A DNA stretch of 64,000 bases. Source: Haliotis rubra (taxonomy: Eukaryota). The translations under genes were made by a program, and so were the position numbers. The stretch is taken from positions 3,596,001-3,660,000 of the forward strand of contig NW_025766558.1 of NCBI RefSeq assembly GCF_003918875.1. Reading direction: 5' to 3'. Below, piece after piece: positions 38,740-53,000 of this stretch. Within the stretch, counting starts at the first letter, position 1; each line of letters starts with the position of its first letter. The notes beneath the pieces are model-generated. The model did no database searches, was not told where the DNA came from, and saw only the letters and a list, made by a program, of their open reading frames with translations.

Positions 38740-41023
38740 CTACAGAAGCTTCATCATCCACTCCATCTCCCAGTCGAATATTTTCTGTCGAGCCTCATTC
38801 CTGTGTTGACTCCTTGCAAGGCTTCTCTTCCTCCGGGAGTGACTCAGCTGGTGAAATGTGAAGGGTGATATTGCGAATCTGCTGTGATCGGAACACGTGT
38901 CACCTGCCCACACGTCCAGGTTGCGCTGCACGTCAGCCTTTATCAGATCAATGTCAAGGTCATCATAGACATGGAACTCGACTCCAGATACGTTCTTGCT
39001 GTAGACCATGAGAACCTTCGAAAGAAATAACATTGAGAAATCGTCCAATTAACCGTGCAGTATGTGAGACACTTCACTATGCGTGGTTACAGGGAGTATT
39101 TTGATATTTAATCTCCTTTCTGGCACATCCTGGAACAACCGAGGTTTAATTGGCAACAGGGCATGACAGTTACTTTGCATAACATTTTACAAACAGCTAA
39201 TATCATATACGTCTTTTGGAACTACATTTGATAAATATATCAGTTGATGATGACACTAGTTTTCTTTGAAGACTGTTGTTCCTAATGAGAAGTCTTGACG
39301 CCAAATAATACAAAAACGCCTACTATAAAAACCTTCAGGCATGAAACCTTCAGCTCAAATTATATTTATCTGTACGTGGACGCACATAATTCGGTCATGA
39401 CCAATAATTGTTACTAGTTTCAGCGTTCTTGTAGTGAATATTAGAATTACAAAATGCATACCATATATTTCTTTGTGCGAACTTTGCCATCTGTTAATTT
39501 GTGATAAATGTGTTTTATAATGCTGCCTAATCGGGATTACCTTCAGAATTCCTTTCAAGCTCTTAATATCTTCCTGGTGATCTACGAAGATTCGAACCCT
39601 GCCCGCGGCCCTGTAGGCCATCTCCTGCTCAACCAGTTCCATCAATGGCATCGGATTCTTCTCGGAGCTGAACATCAAGACCTCAATACTGCCTGAAGGC
39701 TCTGTTGGATAACGTGACGTCATCAACGGCACTGGAACCAAGTGATATCACAAGTTGGCTAATGATGTATAAATCTTTGAAGCAATAAAGTTCCCACGGA
39801 GAACAAATTTAAGGCATAAATCATTGAATTATATTTTTAGACGTGGGTTCATTTAAGGAAATTGTTTCCAAATGAAACAAAAAGAAATTTGTTCATCCCA
39901 ACACAATGCGGTATTACGTATGGTGATGTTATTTTTCATCACAATAGGGACGGCTTCCACTTCAAGGCCTTACTACAGGTACTATGCTAAAGGTTTTACA
40001 GTAGGCATGAGAAAGACGTCTTCCGTTTATTATGTTGGGTGAACAATAGATTTGCCTTTGCGTCCTTTTGTATTTTGGTAGAATACCTGGTGCCATCACT
40101 GTCTGGTACTGAATCAGAAACATATGCTCACCAAATGGTTGGAATAAAAAATCGAGATTTCTATAATTATTGACTGTGTTCTAGCATACATAAACAGAAA
40201 TTTGGTAAAATGATATCTCACTTAGCAAAGAGTACAGCTGAATGTTTTCAACACAGATGTTGCCATCATGACAGGCGAGGGAGTGGACGCTGGACTCTGC
40301 CGTCTCGGTATCAAAGAAGGTCGCCCGGTCTGTCAGATCAGGGAACGCTCTGGTTGCTCGGTTGATGAACTTGTCCACAACCACAGAACACGCTTTCACT
40401 TTGTCATCCCACAGATGACCTGGAAAGCACGCGTGTGGCAAATATTTAGTTTATCAGAACAAACTACCCAAGGAGTTTTTAGAAACAAGACAAGTTTTTT
40501 CAAGCCTGTAAATGTGAAAACAACCACAAAGCTAAATGTTATTGAGTTGACGAGAAACAAATAACATGCTAAGTTGTAAGAAATATATGTTAGTAAAGAA
40601 AATATAACTTCATCACATTACGATTTCTGCAGCTGCAATGCAAGAAAACTACTACTTTTATTTTATCTCAACCCATTCTCTCGATCATGGTAACTGAGGT
40701 ATCACGTATACGAAATCATTCGTATTGAATAAAACCACAGTATCTCCTGTACTTTTGTGGTTTGTACCTTTTGTTGTAAAACATACAACATGTTACCTGT
40801 CGCCGGACATCCTCCGCACAATTCAACAATACATTTCTGTATGTCCGGATTGAGGTCCACTCTGGGCAGACGACCAAATCCAGCAGCTGAAGTCATCCGC
40901 TCCTGCAACGTTCTAGCCTCCTCCTTGCGGAATGGTAAGGTTTGTTTGCAGAATGCTGGCTGCTCAGTCGTGGAACATAGCCTGAAGAAACATTCAAACG
41001 GCATTTAACACTCTGAAGCCGAC
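38740..41023 (-). CDS. Hedge-domain gene C-terminal four exons (41023-40797, 40419-40222, 39731-39541, 39015-38740)
   Basis: FCKQTLPFR..CIVELCGGCPAT | GHLWDDKVKAC..CVENIQLYSLL | MPLM..NPMPLMELVEQE..LK | VLMVYSKNV..WAGDTC..RRKRS..DWEMEWMMKLL*. Phases 1-1-0 match. Confidence 0.85.
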
Positions 41024-44000
41024 CTTTAACATATAAACAAACACTAGATATGCATTTAATCTCAGCACACTTACTCGTTATACAGTTGTCTCAGAAGCAT
41101 TATTTTTCAAGAGGTCGAATCTCGGATAGACTTTGATGCTTTCACACTGAGCTGATACAACTAACAATTAACAACAAAATGTAAAGACCTCCTTTCCAAA
41201 CTGTTGCTAGAATTTTGAATCCAAAGGCGAATTTGTATTACATGAACAGTATTTCTAATATGATATGATCAATAGCTCTTGAGATAATTCTTGAGTCTTA
41301 CATACCCATTTTGATGAAACTGGAAGGTAAGGTATTGTTTCACTCTACCTAGAGGATGAATGTCACAGATCCCTTTGTCAAAAGGATGAATAACAGGACC
41401 ACCTTAAAAATGGTTTGAAAATATTAATTATACAACATCAAATGATATCATTATAATATTCGGAAATATAAAACGTCAGTGTAAAAACACCCAGTGTTGA
41501 CCATCCATAAAATCCATTTAATTTGTGGTAAAAGGGCAAAATGGCTTTGAAAATTATAAGAATGGACGACTAAACATCAGTAATGACACCGTGTGTTCGC
41601 CAAGAGGGGACACACGCCCTGCCCTAAGTTCACTTTTAGACCTGTTGTTGGTGTAAATTTGTAACGTGGTACCATGACAGAATCATCATATCTCACAGTA
41701 GTTATATCTTTATCTCACCCTGAAGTAACTCCTCTTGTATGTCCAATATCTGTCTGAAGTAGGTAGTGTTCCAAGTGTTCCACAGCGTGATGTAGTTCAG
41801 TTCATTCCCATGTTGAAGAGGCCTGATATCCACATACAATTCATCTTGGTGACACCCTACACCCAAACCCCTCATCTGCTGTCTTAGAAAGGGCGTACAG
41901 CATCTGAACAACGTCTTAGCCAAATACACGAATTCGGAATTATGTCGATATCGAGGTGGCCTCAACTCAACGGCCTGTCCTGTTTGGAATCTATACATTT
42001 CCTCCACATGCCTAATGTCAAAATTCACCATGTTTACGGACTGCGTACGGTACCCAGAGCCTTTACAATTTCTACTTTATCGCCATATTCCTCGGAAATT
42101 AGATCAAGACACATGAGCAGTGATGAGTCAACCCTCAAATAATGTCTATTTGGACAGCTCATATCTTGGATGGTGTAATATTCGGAGAGATAGGTGTCTT
42201 TATCAAAGCCGGGAAACAGGTTTGGCAATATTGCTTCATGTTCTAGAGATTCAGGGTACATGTATTCTGTTTGTTCATTTGGAGGAGGGCCAACAGCAAG
42301 CCTAGCAATGTCGTCATGAGAAAACTCTACCCGTATTCCAATGAAATCTTCCTGACTCTTGACAAACACTTCGATAAATTGGGGGCTTGAAAAATTCATG
42401 AAATCAAAACCAGAGCATGCAGCCAAAACTGCCAATCTATTTAAACTTGAAATCGGCGAACTTGTGAGACACAGCCCTCTGAAAATATGTTACATATCAC
42501 TGTTTAATGACAGAGTCATCGCAAATATGTTTACATTTTAAAAATTTATCAATGTACTAATTGTTGGTGTATTTTGGTCAGAAGTTGCAAGCTCAGAGGC
42601 GTGTAACCATTTTGGTCCAGCTTGGTGAAAACTGGTCTCATATGACATCTGAGGTCATGCGTGATTTTCATGTTTCTGTTTAGGAAGTTTTCCTAACTAT
42701 TCACATAAATGTAGAAATAATACTTTACGAACCCTGTAAACTACCTATTATTTCAACATCATATTGGGTACCACACCTTCCTAGTTTTCAAATAAAATGG
42801 CTCACGATCTCTACTGTCAACCGATATGCTGAAATAGATGAATGGTTATGGTCTTTGGTGAACACGTGAGATCTCGCTCGTGATGTTCCTGCAAATTGTA
42901 TACTTCTGAGAAGTTAAACACATTCCTGGAAAACAAATAATTAGTACCTTCCTTCTCTGTAGTGCAGTGGCATGTCTGATTGCTCGGTAAAGGCCCTTTC
43001 AACGTTCACGTCTGCAATGAAATGTACACACAGGTCTTAGACAGCATTATTCAATTGATGGTTTGCGGGTTGTGGGTTGCTACAACCGACCAGATGACCT
43101 TCGATGTGTTTATTGTTTTACCCGCTTTGTTTCCATTTTTACTATGTTAAACATCATTATCTCCTTTTTGATAACCAAATGTGCTCCAACAAAACCTTTA
43201 ATATGCTTCTGTAGATATTACTATGTACCTTGCTGCAATCCATTATGTCCATTTTGTATATCATTGACAATGGTTGATAAACAAAAAATTATATCACAAA
43301 ACTTACAACTTAAACGTTAACAATTGATTACATTTCTAAAACGTGAAAAAGCATATATCTATTGCCTACAAGATGTTCATTTCACTGAAAATATGGAAAA
43401 GACAATACAGGAAGAATGGGGAAGTAAGAACTGCTTTTTCAGTTTTTTTAAGAGTAATTCTCGTGCGGTAGCAATCCTATGCTCTAAATGGCTTGACTTC
43501 GAGCTTCAGGGGGTAACCACAGATGAAGAAGGTAATGTGATAATAACTGAAATGACACTCGACTGATATAAACTTACTATTGGTAACCTCTATGGTCCAA
43601 ACAATGACGATGCAGACTTTATATATCTCTTGCGCAGAAAATCAAAAACTTCCATAGTGACCATGTGATCTTATGTGGACATTGGAATGTTGTACAAGAA
43701 TTCTCTACTGACACCTTTAATTATAAACATAAGAATAACCCTAAAGCTAGAGACCAGATTTTACAACTAAAAAAGATCTAGATTTCTTTGATCCCTGGCG
43801 TCAAATGAACCCTATGACCGGCGATAAACCTGACGACAACCCACTCCACTTACACAAGCGCGCTTAGATTACTTTCTCGTATTTCATAATATGCTACCCT
43901 CATTTACAGAATCAGTAATAGAACAAGGTTTCAAAACAGACCACTCCTTGATATCGGTGACATTCAAACTTTCAGATTTATCACGCGGCAAAGGGTTTTG

Positions 44001-47000
44001 GAAGTTTAATAATTCTCTATTTAGAGACCACATCTATGTCAAGAAAGTGAAGAATGTTATTTCTGAAACCGTTGCTCAGTATAATGTAGACACAGATAGA
44101 TATAGCATTGACGACCAAATTCTTTTCGAAACTATTTTATTGATGATCAGAGGAGAAACCATTAAGTACTCTTCATTCCAGAAAAAGGAAAGAATTAAAA
44201 AGGAAAAACATCTCTCTGACAATCTAAATGAAAAAGAAATTCAACTTGATGAATCAGATAATGAAACCGTTAAAAAGGAAATAATAACTGAAATATAGGC
44301 TATTCAACAGGAACTTGAAGAAATATATGTAACTAGAACCCAATGTTCAATTCTTAGATCCAAAGCAAAATTTGGCGTCCAATATCACTATTATCAGTAT
44401 TCTATAAAGTTGCTTCAATGGCAATTTCAAAACGAATTAAATCCGTTTTGGACACATTGATAAACGAGGACCATAAAGGCTTTATGTCTGGTAGATGAAT
44501 AAATGATATCACCAGGCAGATCTATGACTTGATTGAATATACTGACACATACCAAATCCCCGGACTTCTATTATTAATAGATTTTGAAAAGGCCTTCGAT
44601 ATTGTTGATTGGTCATTTATTGATAAAACTTGTATCTTTTTTAATTTTGGAGAATCAATTAAAAATTGGATTAAGGTTTTCTAAAATAATATTAAATCAA
44701 GTGTACTTGTAAATGGTTTTGGCTCAAATAGCTTTGAAATATACAGGGGCTGTCGTCAAGGTGATGCGCTATCACCATATATTTTTTATACTTTGTGTTG
44801 AAATTCTCGCAATAATGATACGTAATAATGTAGAAGTGAAAGGAATTCATGTAGAATATCTTCTAAATCAGTTCGCTGATGATACTACCTGCTCCCTAGA
44901 TGGATCAGAACGCGTTTTACAAGCAGTGCTTCAAATCTTAACTTTCTTTGCCCGCTTTTAAGGATTGAAAGGGAACATAGACAAAACTAGAATTATTTGG
45001 ATTGGTTGAGAGAAACGTTCAAGAATGAAACTTTGTCGGAAATGGAATCTAAACTGGGAACAAAGTAATTTTGAACTACTGGGAATAAAATTAGACATGG
45101 ATATTAAAGATATGATTGATTTGAACTACAACAAGCTAATAGAATGTGAAACCCTCATATCAATATGGTCAACTCGAACCCTAACCCCTTTGGGCAGAAC
45201 CACTGTGTTGAAATCTCTTATCCTCCCAAAATGAAACCATTTGTTTGCGTCTCTGCCAAATCCTCCGGACAAATTGATTGAGGGATTTCGAGGTAGATGT
45301 TTTCGATTTATATGGGGAAACGAGCCCGATAAAGTCAAACGTGACCAACTGATATGCACTGTTAAAGATGGTGGTCTAAATGCACCTAATATAAAAGAAA
45401 TAATGCAAGCTCAAAAGATTTCTGTCTTAAGACGATTTTATAATAACCACACCAAATGGTTTAATTATTTTTCTGAAAATCTACCTAAACTGGGGTCTGC
45501 AACTATTTTTGAATATAATTGTGCAAATCTAAGAAAAGTTATCATTCCACTTGTTCGCAACAACTTCTACTGTGATCTTCTGAATGCCTGGTGGGATTTA
45601 CTATCTAGACATGGGGCAGCAGATTCACCAAATATCACCTCTCAATATATCTGGTATAATCAAAACATCTTAATCGATAGGAAATCTATATTCTATCGAA
45701 ACTGGAATGCAAAAGGTGTAATATTTATAGATGATCTTCTGAATGACTCTGGAAAATTCATGTCTCTTGATATCTTTGAAAATAAATACAACGTTAAAAT
45801 GTTTCTAGAATATTCAGTATATTAACTCACTCAAAGCATTCCTCAAAAGAAGTAATATCAACTTAGAAACCATCAGGAAAACACAAAACCCTTTGCAACC
45901 ATATATGTTAAACTTTTTGATTAGACAAAAACAATGAAGGCAAATATACAGGGCTTTACTTGACACGTTTAATGTCTGGACGTTATATTGGAAGCTTTAC
46001 TAGAAACAAAATCAATAAAAAATCAACATGTGTAAAATGGAAAAGGATACTAGAGAATGAAATCGATGGAAACTATTGGCAACAATATACCCATATCCCG
46101 TTCCGCTGTAGTTCCAATACAAACTCCTGCACCATCTTTTACCAACAATTATAGCTAAAACACATGGAATTAGCATGAAACGGCCCTCCCATTATCAGAA
46201 ATATGCGGGCCGCTGCAAATGATATTGGACCGCTCAACCTTAACGACGGGCCACTATCAGTTCTGTTGTCAAGTGACGTCATAGTGGGTGCGTCGGTTCA
46301 TTCGACTTTGGCTTTGGACTGGCAGATATTCTGGGGCAAACAAGACAAAGCAATCCGAATTCCCGCTTTAAATAGCGGTATTATTGGCTTTCTTGCTGGT
46401 GCTAACCTTAACAATTGCACTATTAACGTTGTTGTTGTTGGACCAAAACCGAACACTGACAACTGACGTGTCTGACATAGTTTGACATGCTGCAAGCCAT
46501 GGTCTTGTCAAAGGCCAAGGTCGAATATCGTCACGTTCTGTTGTGACGTCACTTGAATTGTTCGATGACGTAATTGCATTCGGGCAGTCAACCCCGTCAG
46601 AAGTTGGTTTTGAGTAAACTTACAGTCAAATTCCTTCATTGTTTCCTTTTTCTTTTCAACACAAATCCCATGTATTTTAGCAAAAATAACGGTAATGCTA
46701 TTTTTGAGGGCATTATCATTTGCAGAAGCCCTCGGTCTTTTTAAACTTCGTCGGGCAGTTAATGGAAGACCTCGGGCTTCTGCAAATGATAATGCCCTAA
46801 AACATAGCATTACCGTTATTATTGCTAAAATACATGGGATTTGTGTTGAAAAGAAAAAGGAAACAATTAAGGAATTTGACTGTAGGCCAGAAGAACAATG
46901 ATCCAATCAACGTGTTTCTTATCCTTTTCAAAAATATTATCTTTAACTGTAAAATATCTAAACAGATGCCAACCTTTCAGTTTTTACAACAGGAGCTTAA

Positions 47001-50000
47001 AAAATATTATGAACTAACAAAATATTCTGCTACGACATATTGCAAATTTTAAACAGAACAAAAAACCCGACTGGAAACAAACACTAAGAAATGTGTGATC
47101 AACAGATGCAAGGTGATTGTCAAATGTATAGGTCTACAGTGATTTATCGACCTTCTTGACAACCGTCAAAATCAAGAATGAGACCCCATGCACGTGTATG
47201 GGACTACTGCGTTGTGCATGTACTTCCCATCCGTTGTGTTTAGCGGTGGTTATCAAGAAGAAATGTGGTGAGTTCATAAGATGTCTGTGTTTGAAAGGTC
47301 AACGCTTACACTTCCTATCCAAATTTAAAGTTCAGGTTCCCCTATTTGCAAAGAGTCTTACTATCTCTCATAACATATATCATATTCTTAATGTTAATTC
47401 TCAAGTTATATGTACATTCACACTGATATAATGTTGAAAATGGAAACCAATATATATATATATATATATATATAACTGTACCTATGCCGTCTGCATGTGC
47501 TAGTTTAGCGAGTTGTCGTAGTTTGAGCGCCATCCTGGGAGTCATTAGCCGAGTGCTACAGTATGACCAGGGTTCTGTTTGGCTCATGGAGGGCAGACAT
47601 GGCGTTCTACATCTTCTGGTGGAGAATCCACACACACTGCTGGGACTCCCCTCAGGCCTGAACACAACATCACTCCTATCGTAGTGATACAGCCTAGAAC
47701 AGAACATCTGAATTATTAGTGTACAGAATAAACATGTTCTCTTGTATACAGTTTAACATGGGGTAGTCAGAAGCTCTGCAGTGTTGTATTTTCATACTTT
47801 TGCATATCTTCCGAGTTCAACCTGCTCAGAGCACCTTGAGGAGGCCCACATGCTTCATCCACGCCTTCTCCGGATGGTATGGTATCGCCTACATTCAGAA
47901 TAGGGGCCTCTTTCGCACACCTTTGGAATCGAGCGTCATTACCTGTACATAAAAAACAAACATTACAAAATTCAAATATTTGCACTGGTGTGTCTCATAA
48001 TGTGTGGACTCATTATTTTATGAGGATATACGTTACTTTGTAACAACGTTGTTAATATCATATGGTAGAAATAACAAAATTCAATCAGAAATGTTTTAGT
48101 TTTGGGCTGTAAGATTGCTAAAACGTGAACTCCAGAGAATAATGGTCTCTAATGTTTGCAGAAACAGCTTTCAGAGAACAAACGACAAAAAGTGTGAGGA
48201 AAATATTTTGAACGGATCAAAACAAATCAGTGAAGACGTGTATCAACCTTTACCTTCATCAGCAATCAGGTCTTCAAACATCGCTCTCTCAGTACTCATG
48301 TTCATCACCCCGTCCTTCTTCATCGCAACGTGGATAACAGCGAACTCTCTGTTGATGCCGACATAGTCGAATCCAGAACAGACGCACAGGGAACCTATTC
48401 TGTCAAAGGTCGTGTTGTCAACCGTGTTGGCGGCTAAAGGAGGATACAGCAATGTTATTCACACATTACACATGGTTTGTTAGTGAGTAAACATAACACA
48501 AATATCATTGCATTCCTGAAACCAAACCTATATACAAATGTAATCATGAAGCAAAATAGATATGCAGTACCGTTAGCATGTACTGTTTCTTAGGAAACAC
48601 ATGTGAAAATATTATTCGTATACATGTACTTTGAAATGGAAACTCACACTTACACGTTTGGCAAGACACATTTAACATGACCATGAAGACGTCTACCATT
48701 TGACTCTGAAATCTGAAAATATCCTTTCATTTTCATTTCACTGGATAACTGAGCTCACTCACAGAAACAAATGCCACAGAGCGTGCTACATTGTTGGGTC
48801 CCGAAAATGTACACCTCACTCACTTGCTCAGGATCACAGAATCGCAGGAGACAACATTCAGAATATTAAAGTGATGTGTTTGGTGCCCAAACAACAACAT
48901 GGCAATGTCCGTTATAGCTGTTACGAAAACATACCTGAAACTCCTGTCACCGTTACAACAGCAGCTCTGCCTTCATAGTGTAGGGAACTGTTACCATGGT
49001 GACCACCAGGAAAGGCTGGGCTTGGTTCATCCCAGGCAGCTAGTACTATGAGTGTTGCTATGGGAGATACAGTCGAGTTATATTACACCGAATCTAGTCC
49101 CAACTAACCTGATCTCTGTCACATAGTTTTCTAATGTTGCTATTAAAAATTCCTAGTGTTTCTACTGAAAAGAGCGGGATTGCTAACGTATTAGAAATAA
49201 CAAAAACCCACCTGCTTATATTTTCCAAACAATGTTAGAGTAATTTATTGAAATTACTATTAGTTACTTTTAAAGTAATTTAAGGTGTTTGTGGAGTTAA
49301 TACGATTTCCTTCAATATACATTTAACGGGTTATGAGAAACGCCACATACAAACCGTTTGTCCACTCTGTTTTGACCAACTGACTCAGTTTAGTGATTGC
49401 ACGGGCAAGACGAGGTGTCATACATCTACTGGCACAGATGGTTGTTGAATGGTTGTTACATACTGAACATGCTGATGGCGTCAGTTCACAAAGAGCACTT
49501 TCCTCAGCAGCAAACACAATGTCCGTTCCTTCCAAAACCTCGAACCTACAACAGAATGAACAATCCTTAAACAGAAATAACAGAAATGTTTGTCCTTATG
49601 TTGCCGATGTTATGATCTCGAGTCATTCAAGATACGTTCATATATGACGCATATCATAGTGTACGGTGAAGAAAAACAACCTTCAAATGACTCTTTCTCT
49701 CAATCGATCACATTGAAGGAAAGTATCCTTCGAATATGTCAACTTACTTGTTGAACAGACTGCTGCCCCGTACAACCCTGTCAGTCATTTCGCCACACAC
49801 CTGGTCCTGTGTGAGTGGAGGCCCAAGTTCTGCAGGGCCGTCACAATGGGCCAAACATGTCAGGGACAGGCTGGACTCTGTGAGTGTCTCTCTTTTCGTG
49901 ATCTTCGGATTTAACATAACATCCCTGAAACAAGTACCTTTACTTTGACATACTCGTAATGCAAGCTCATGTAACATCATAACACTGTGTCTCAAAGTGT

Positions 50001-53000
50001 CATTTTCGAAATAACTTGGACATTGTGCTCATTGTATCATCCTGTGCAATATGACGTTCGTATGCAAGCAAAGTTTAGTTCTCACCATACGTTGCATCCA
50101 AATGCTTCAACGGACAGAACTGACTTTTCAACAGAAAATAATCCATCTACTGCAAGTGTCGCTTCTGTGCATACTTCAAGTCCACTAATGACAGATTCCA
50201 TTTTCATGCTTGGCCGTACTCTGTAAATCCAAAGTCAATAATATATTAACTGTCTTAACGTAAGGTACATATTGCATTGTACATATATTGCTAGGCGACT
50301 TGACTACTGTCAAAATATTCAGTGGTTGGTAGTCTTCATTTAGAACACGCGTATATGTACGGCATTACTTTTTCTTACTCATCTGTAAAACACATTTTTA
50401 TGTTATTTCATAACTTATTTTCTGACTACTTGGTAGATAAATGTCATTAGATTCTGTACTCTGCAAAGGTCTATATACACTGAACGAACAAACATCACTA
50501 CACGCTATAGATATGTACGTTATTTCCATTGGTGGGTACAGGTTGATGGTTATGTCCTTTACTTTCCAGGAAACAGATGCGTTGAAGAAAATCTGAAAAA
50601 AATGACAGCAAGTTGTTTAGATACTTGCCTATTTGCGGTCTCAGTTATCACTGTTATCATTATATGTGTACGGTAATACATCTACTATTGGTATACCTTC
50701 ACATTTGACTTATGTACCTGTTATTGAAGTTCGCCTTCCACGGGACACAAAAGTGAATCTTTTCACGTAATCCCCACAATAGTTTAGAGACATTGCATCA
50801 CGTTAACCTGATACACAACATAGCCAGTGACCGTCCAAGGCAAATGGAACATGAATGCTCAAATGGTACATACATGCTAAAACAAATCAACGAATGCATT
50901 CAACTACTACCTTCTGGAACACATCGACGGTGACGTTGAATGTGTCAGGAACAGCCATCTCTACTGTGTCCTGTCCATCCGATGTCCAGGCGTGAGATGT
51001 GATGTCTCCTTGTAGCGATGATGATGCCTCAAACTGCTGCGCTGCAACGGGTTAAGCATTGAAATTATGACTACAGGCTGTGTGGTGTCGATATAGATCT
51101 TGAAGGTTGAAGCAAATGTTCCAACTGTACACCATGCTACCATACAAACATACAGCATAATCAAAAATAAAGTTGATAATTGATTTACGACAGACTTAGT
51201 GTACGGTTCCATGTCAGACTATACTCTCTAAATAAAGAAACGCATAGGCGTTTTCAGCAGTTCATTTCGATATATTTTGATTTGGATCAAACGTCATTAA
51301 GACAATTCCTAATTTTGAATCCCGTTAATCATGTCGTGGTTGTTACGTATTGCGCGCAAACCCATCCCAAAATGTGTTTGTAAATGTTTGTCATAAAAAA
51401 TGAAAACGATACAGAAAAAATTGTCCACTCAATGGACGTGCAATGAGTCAGAAACATGACACATCGATTATAATAAGTCAAACCAAATTCATCATTTCAT
51501 TACGAAATTCACGACGTAAACGAAGATAAAAAATACCAAGATTGAATTCTACTGACCAAAATATCGCCATTGGACGTTTGGAAGCAGGGGACTCACAGTC
51601 TGCCGTTGCAAGACACTTCAAAGTTCACCTGAGGGCAATTATCTCGATTATGGCATCGGTATAGCCGCTTCAACTTGACCCAAGATCGTCCCAGAAGTGG
51701 AAGACCAAGAGTGACCACTCCTGCTCAAGACCGATTCATCCGGGTGTTACACCAACGTCACCGATTTGCTACAGCAACGGACACTGCAGGACAGGTGCCT
51801 GATCTGCGAAGAATTTCCGTTCAAACCATCAGAAATCGTCTGAGAGAAGTGACGATTCGGGCATATCGAACAAAAGTTGGACATGTCCTTGACACGACAA
51901 CAACGACGTGTCCAATAGTGGTCCAGCGATGAATCGCGTTTCCTCCTGCAACGACGGGAAGGGAGACAACGTGTCTATCGACGTCGACACGAACCATTTG
52001 CGCCGGACTGCGTTCGACAGGTGGACAGATTTGTTGGACGGAGCGTCGTGGTGTGGGGAAACATGTCCTACACGGGCAGATCAGAGCTAGTGGTGGTTAA
52101 AGGCAATCTTGCAGCAAATCGCAAGGTAAGTCACAAAACATAAATTAAAACCTTCTTGTTTTAATCGTAGAATATGTGTATTTTTATTGTATGGCTAGAT
52201 ATATCTAAATTGCTGACAGCAGAAGACATGATGTAAATCCAGCTTGGGCCAATGCAGGAAGCAAATGTACTGTAAGTCCCCATGGTCCCTAGTATGGTGA
52301 TCTACCTATAGTTGTTGGCAATCTATAGCCCGATTTTACCTTTCTTGTCATTTATAGGTAAAATATTTTAGATTTAATTACTAGTCTTAAATTTATTCCT
52401 GTGATAATCTAGTTGTTTTACAGCCCTTATTGTTCATGTAAAACATTTCTCGTCACTATATGACTGAAATATTGCCGAGGTGACGTTAAATCTTAACTCA
52501 CTCTCTCTACCAAATCCTGCGACCTCACCTTCCCCCACTTTTTAACCGCAAGAGGTCGCTGTTTCAACACGGCTACGCTCGACCTCACACAGCTCGTGTA
52601 ACAGGTGCCTATCTCGCTAATTCCAACGTCAATGTCCTTCCCTGGCCATTCAAATCATCTGATCTGAACCCGATCTAGCATCTATGGGACAAACTTGATC
52701 GACGCGTCCGTAAAGCTCACCATCGTCTTCAGATACATGCAGAACTTGCCTACGCGTTGCAAGATCAATCGTAAAAAATCCCCGAGGAAAATATCCGACG
52801 ACTTGTGCAATCCATTCGAAGGCGGTGTCGAGCAGTAACGGCTGCAAGGGGTCACCTGGTGCTAATGTGAACGCCTCCTTGTGTCCACACATGTGCAGTG
52901 AGTGAAGTGAATTAATGCTGACAATGACAACAGTTCATATGTTCATCCGTGTGTTGAATTTCTTTCATTTATGTTCAAGCTTTAAACACGAGTTATAAAC

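Noticed and set aside
48935-49057. Calling the locus canonical hedgehog (hh) or hedgling
   Set aside because: There is no N-terminal CGPG, no GCF/Hint domain, and no vWA, cadherin or TM region. The Hedge domain is internal and duplicated.
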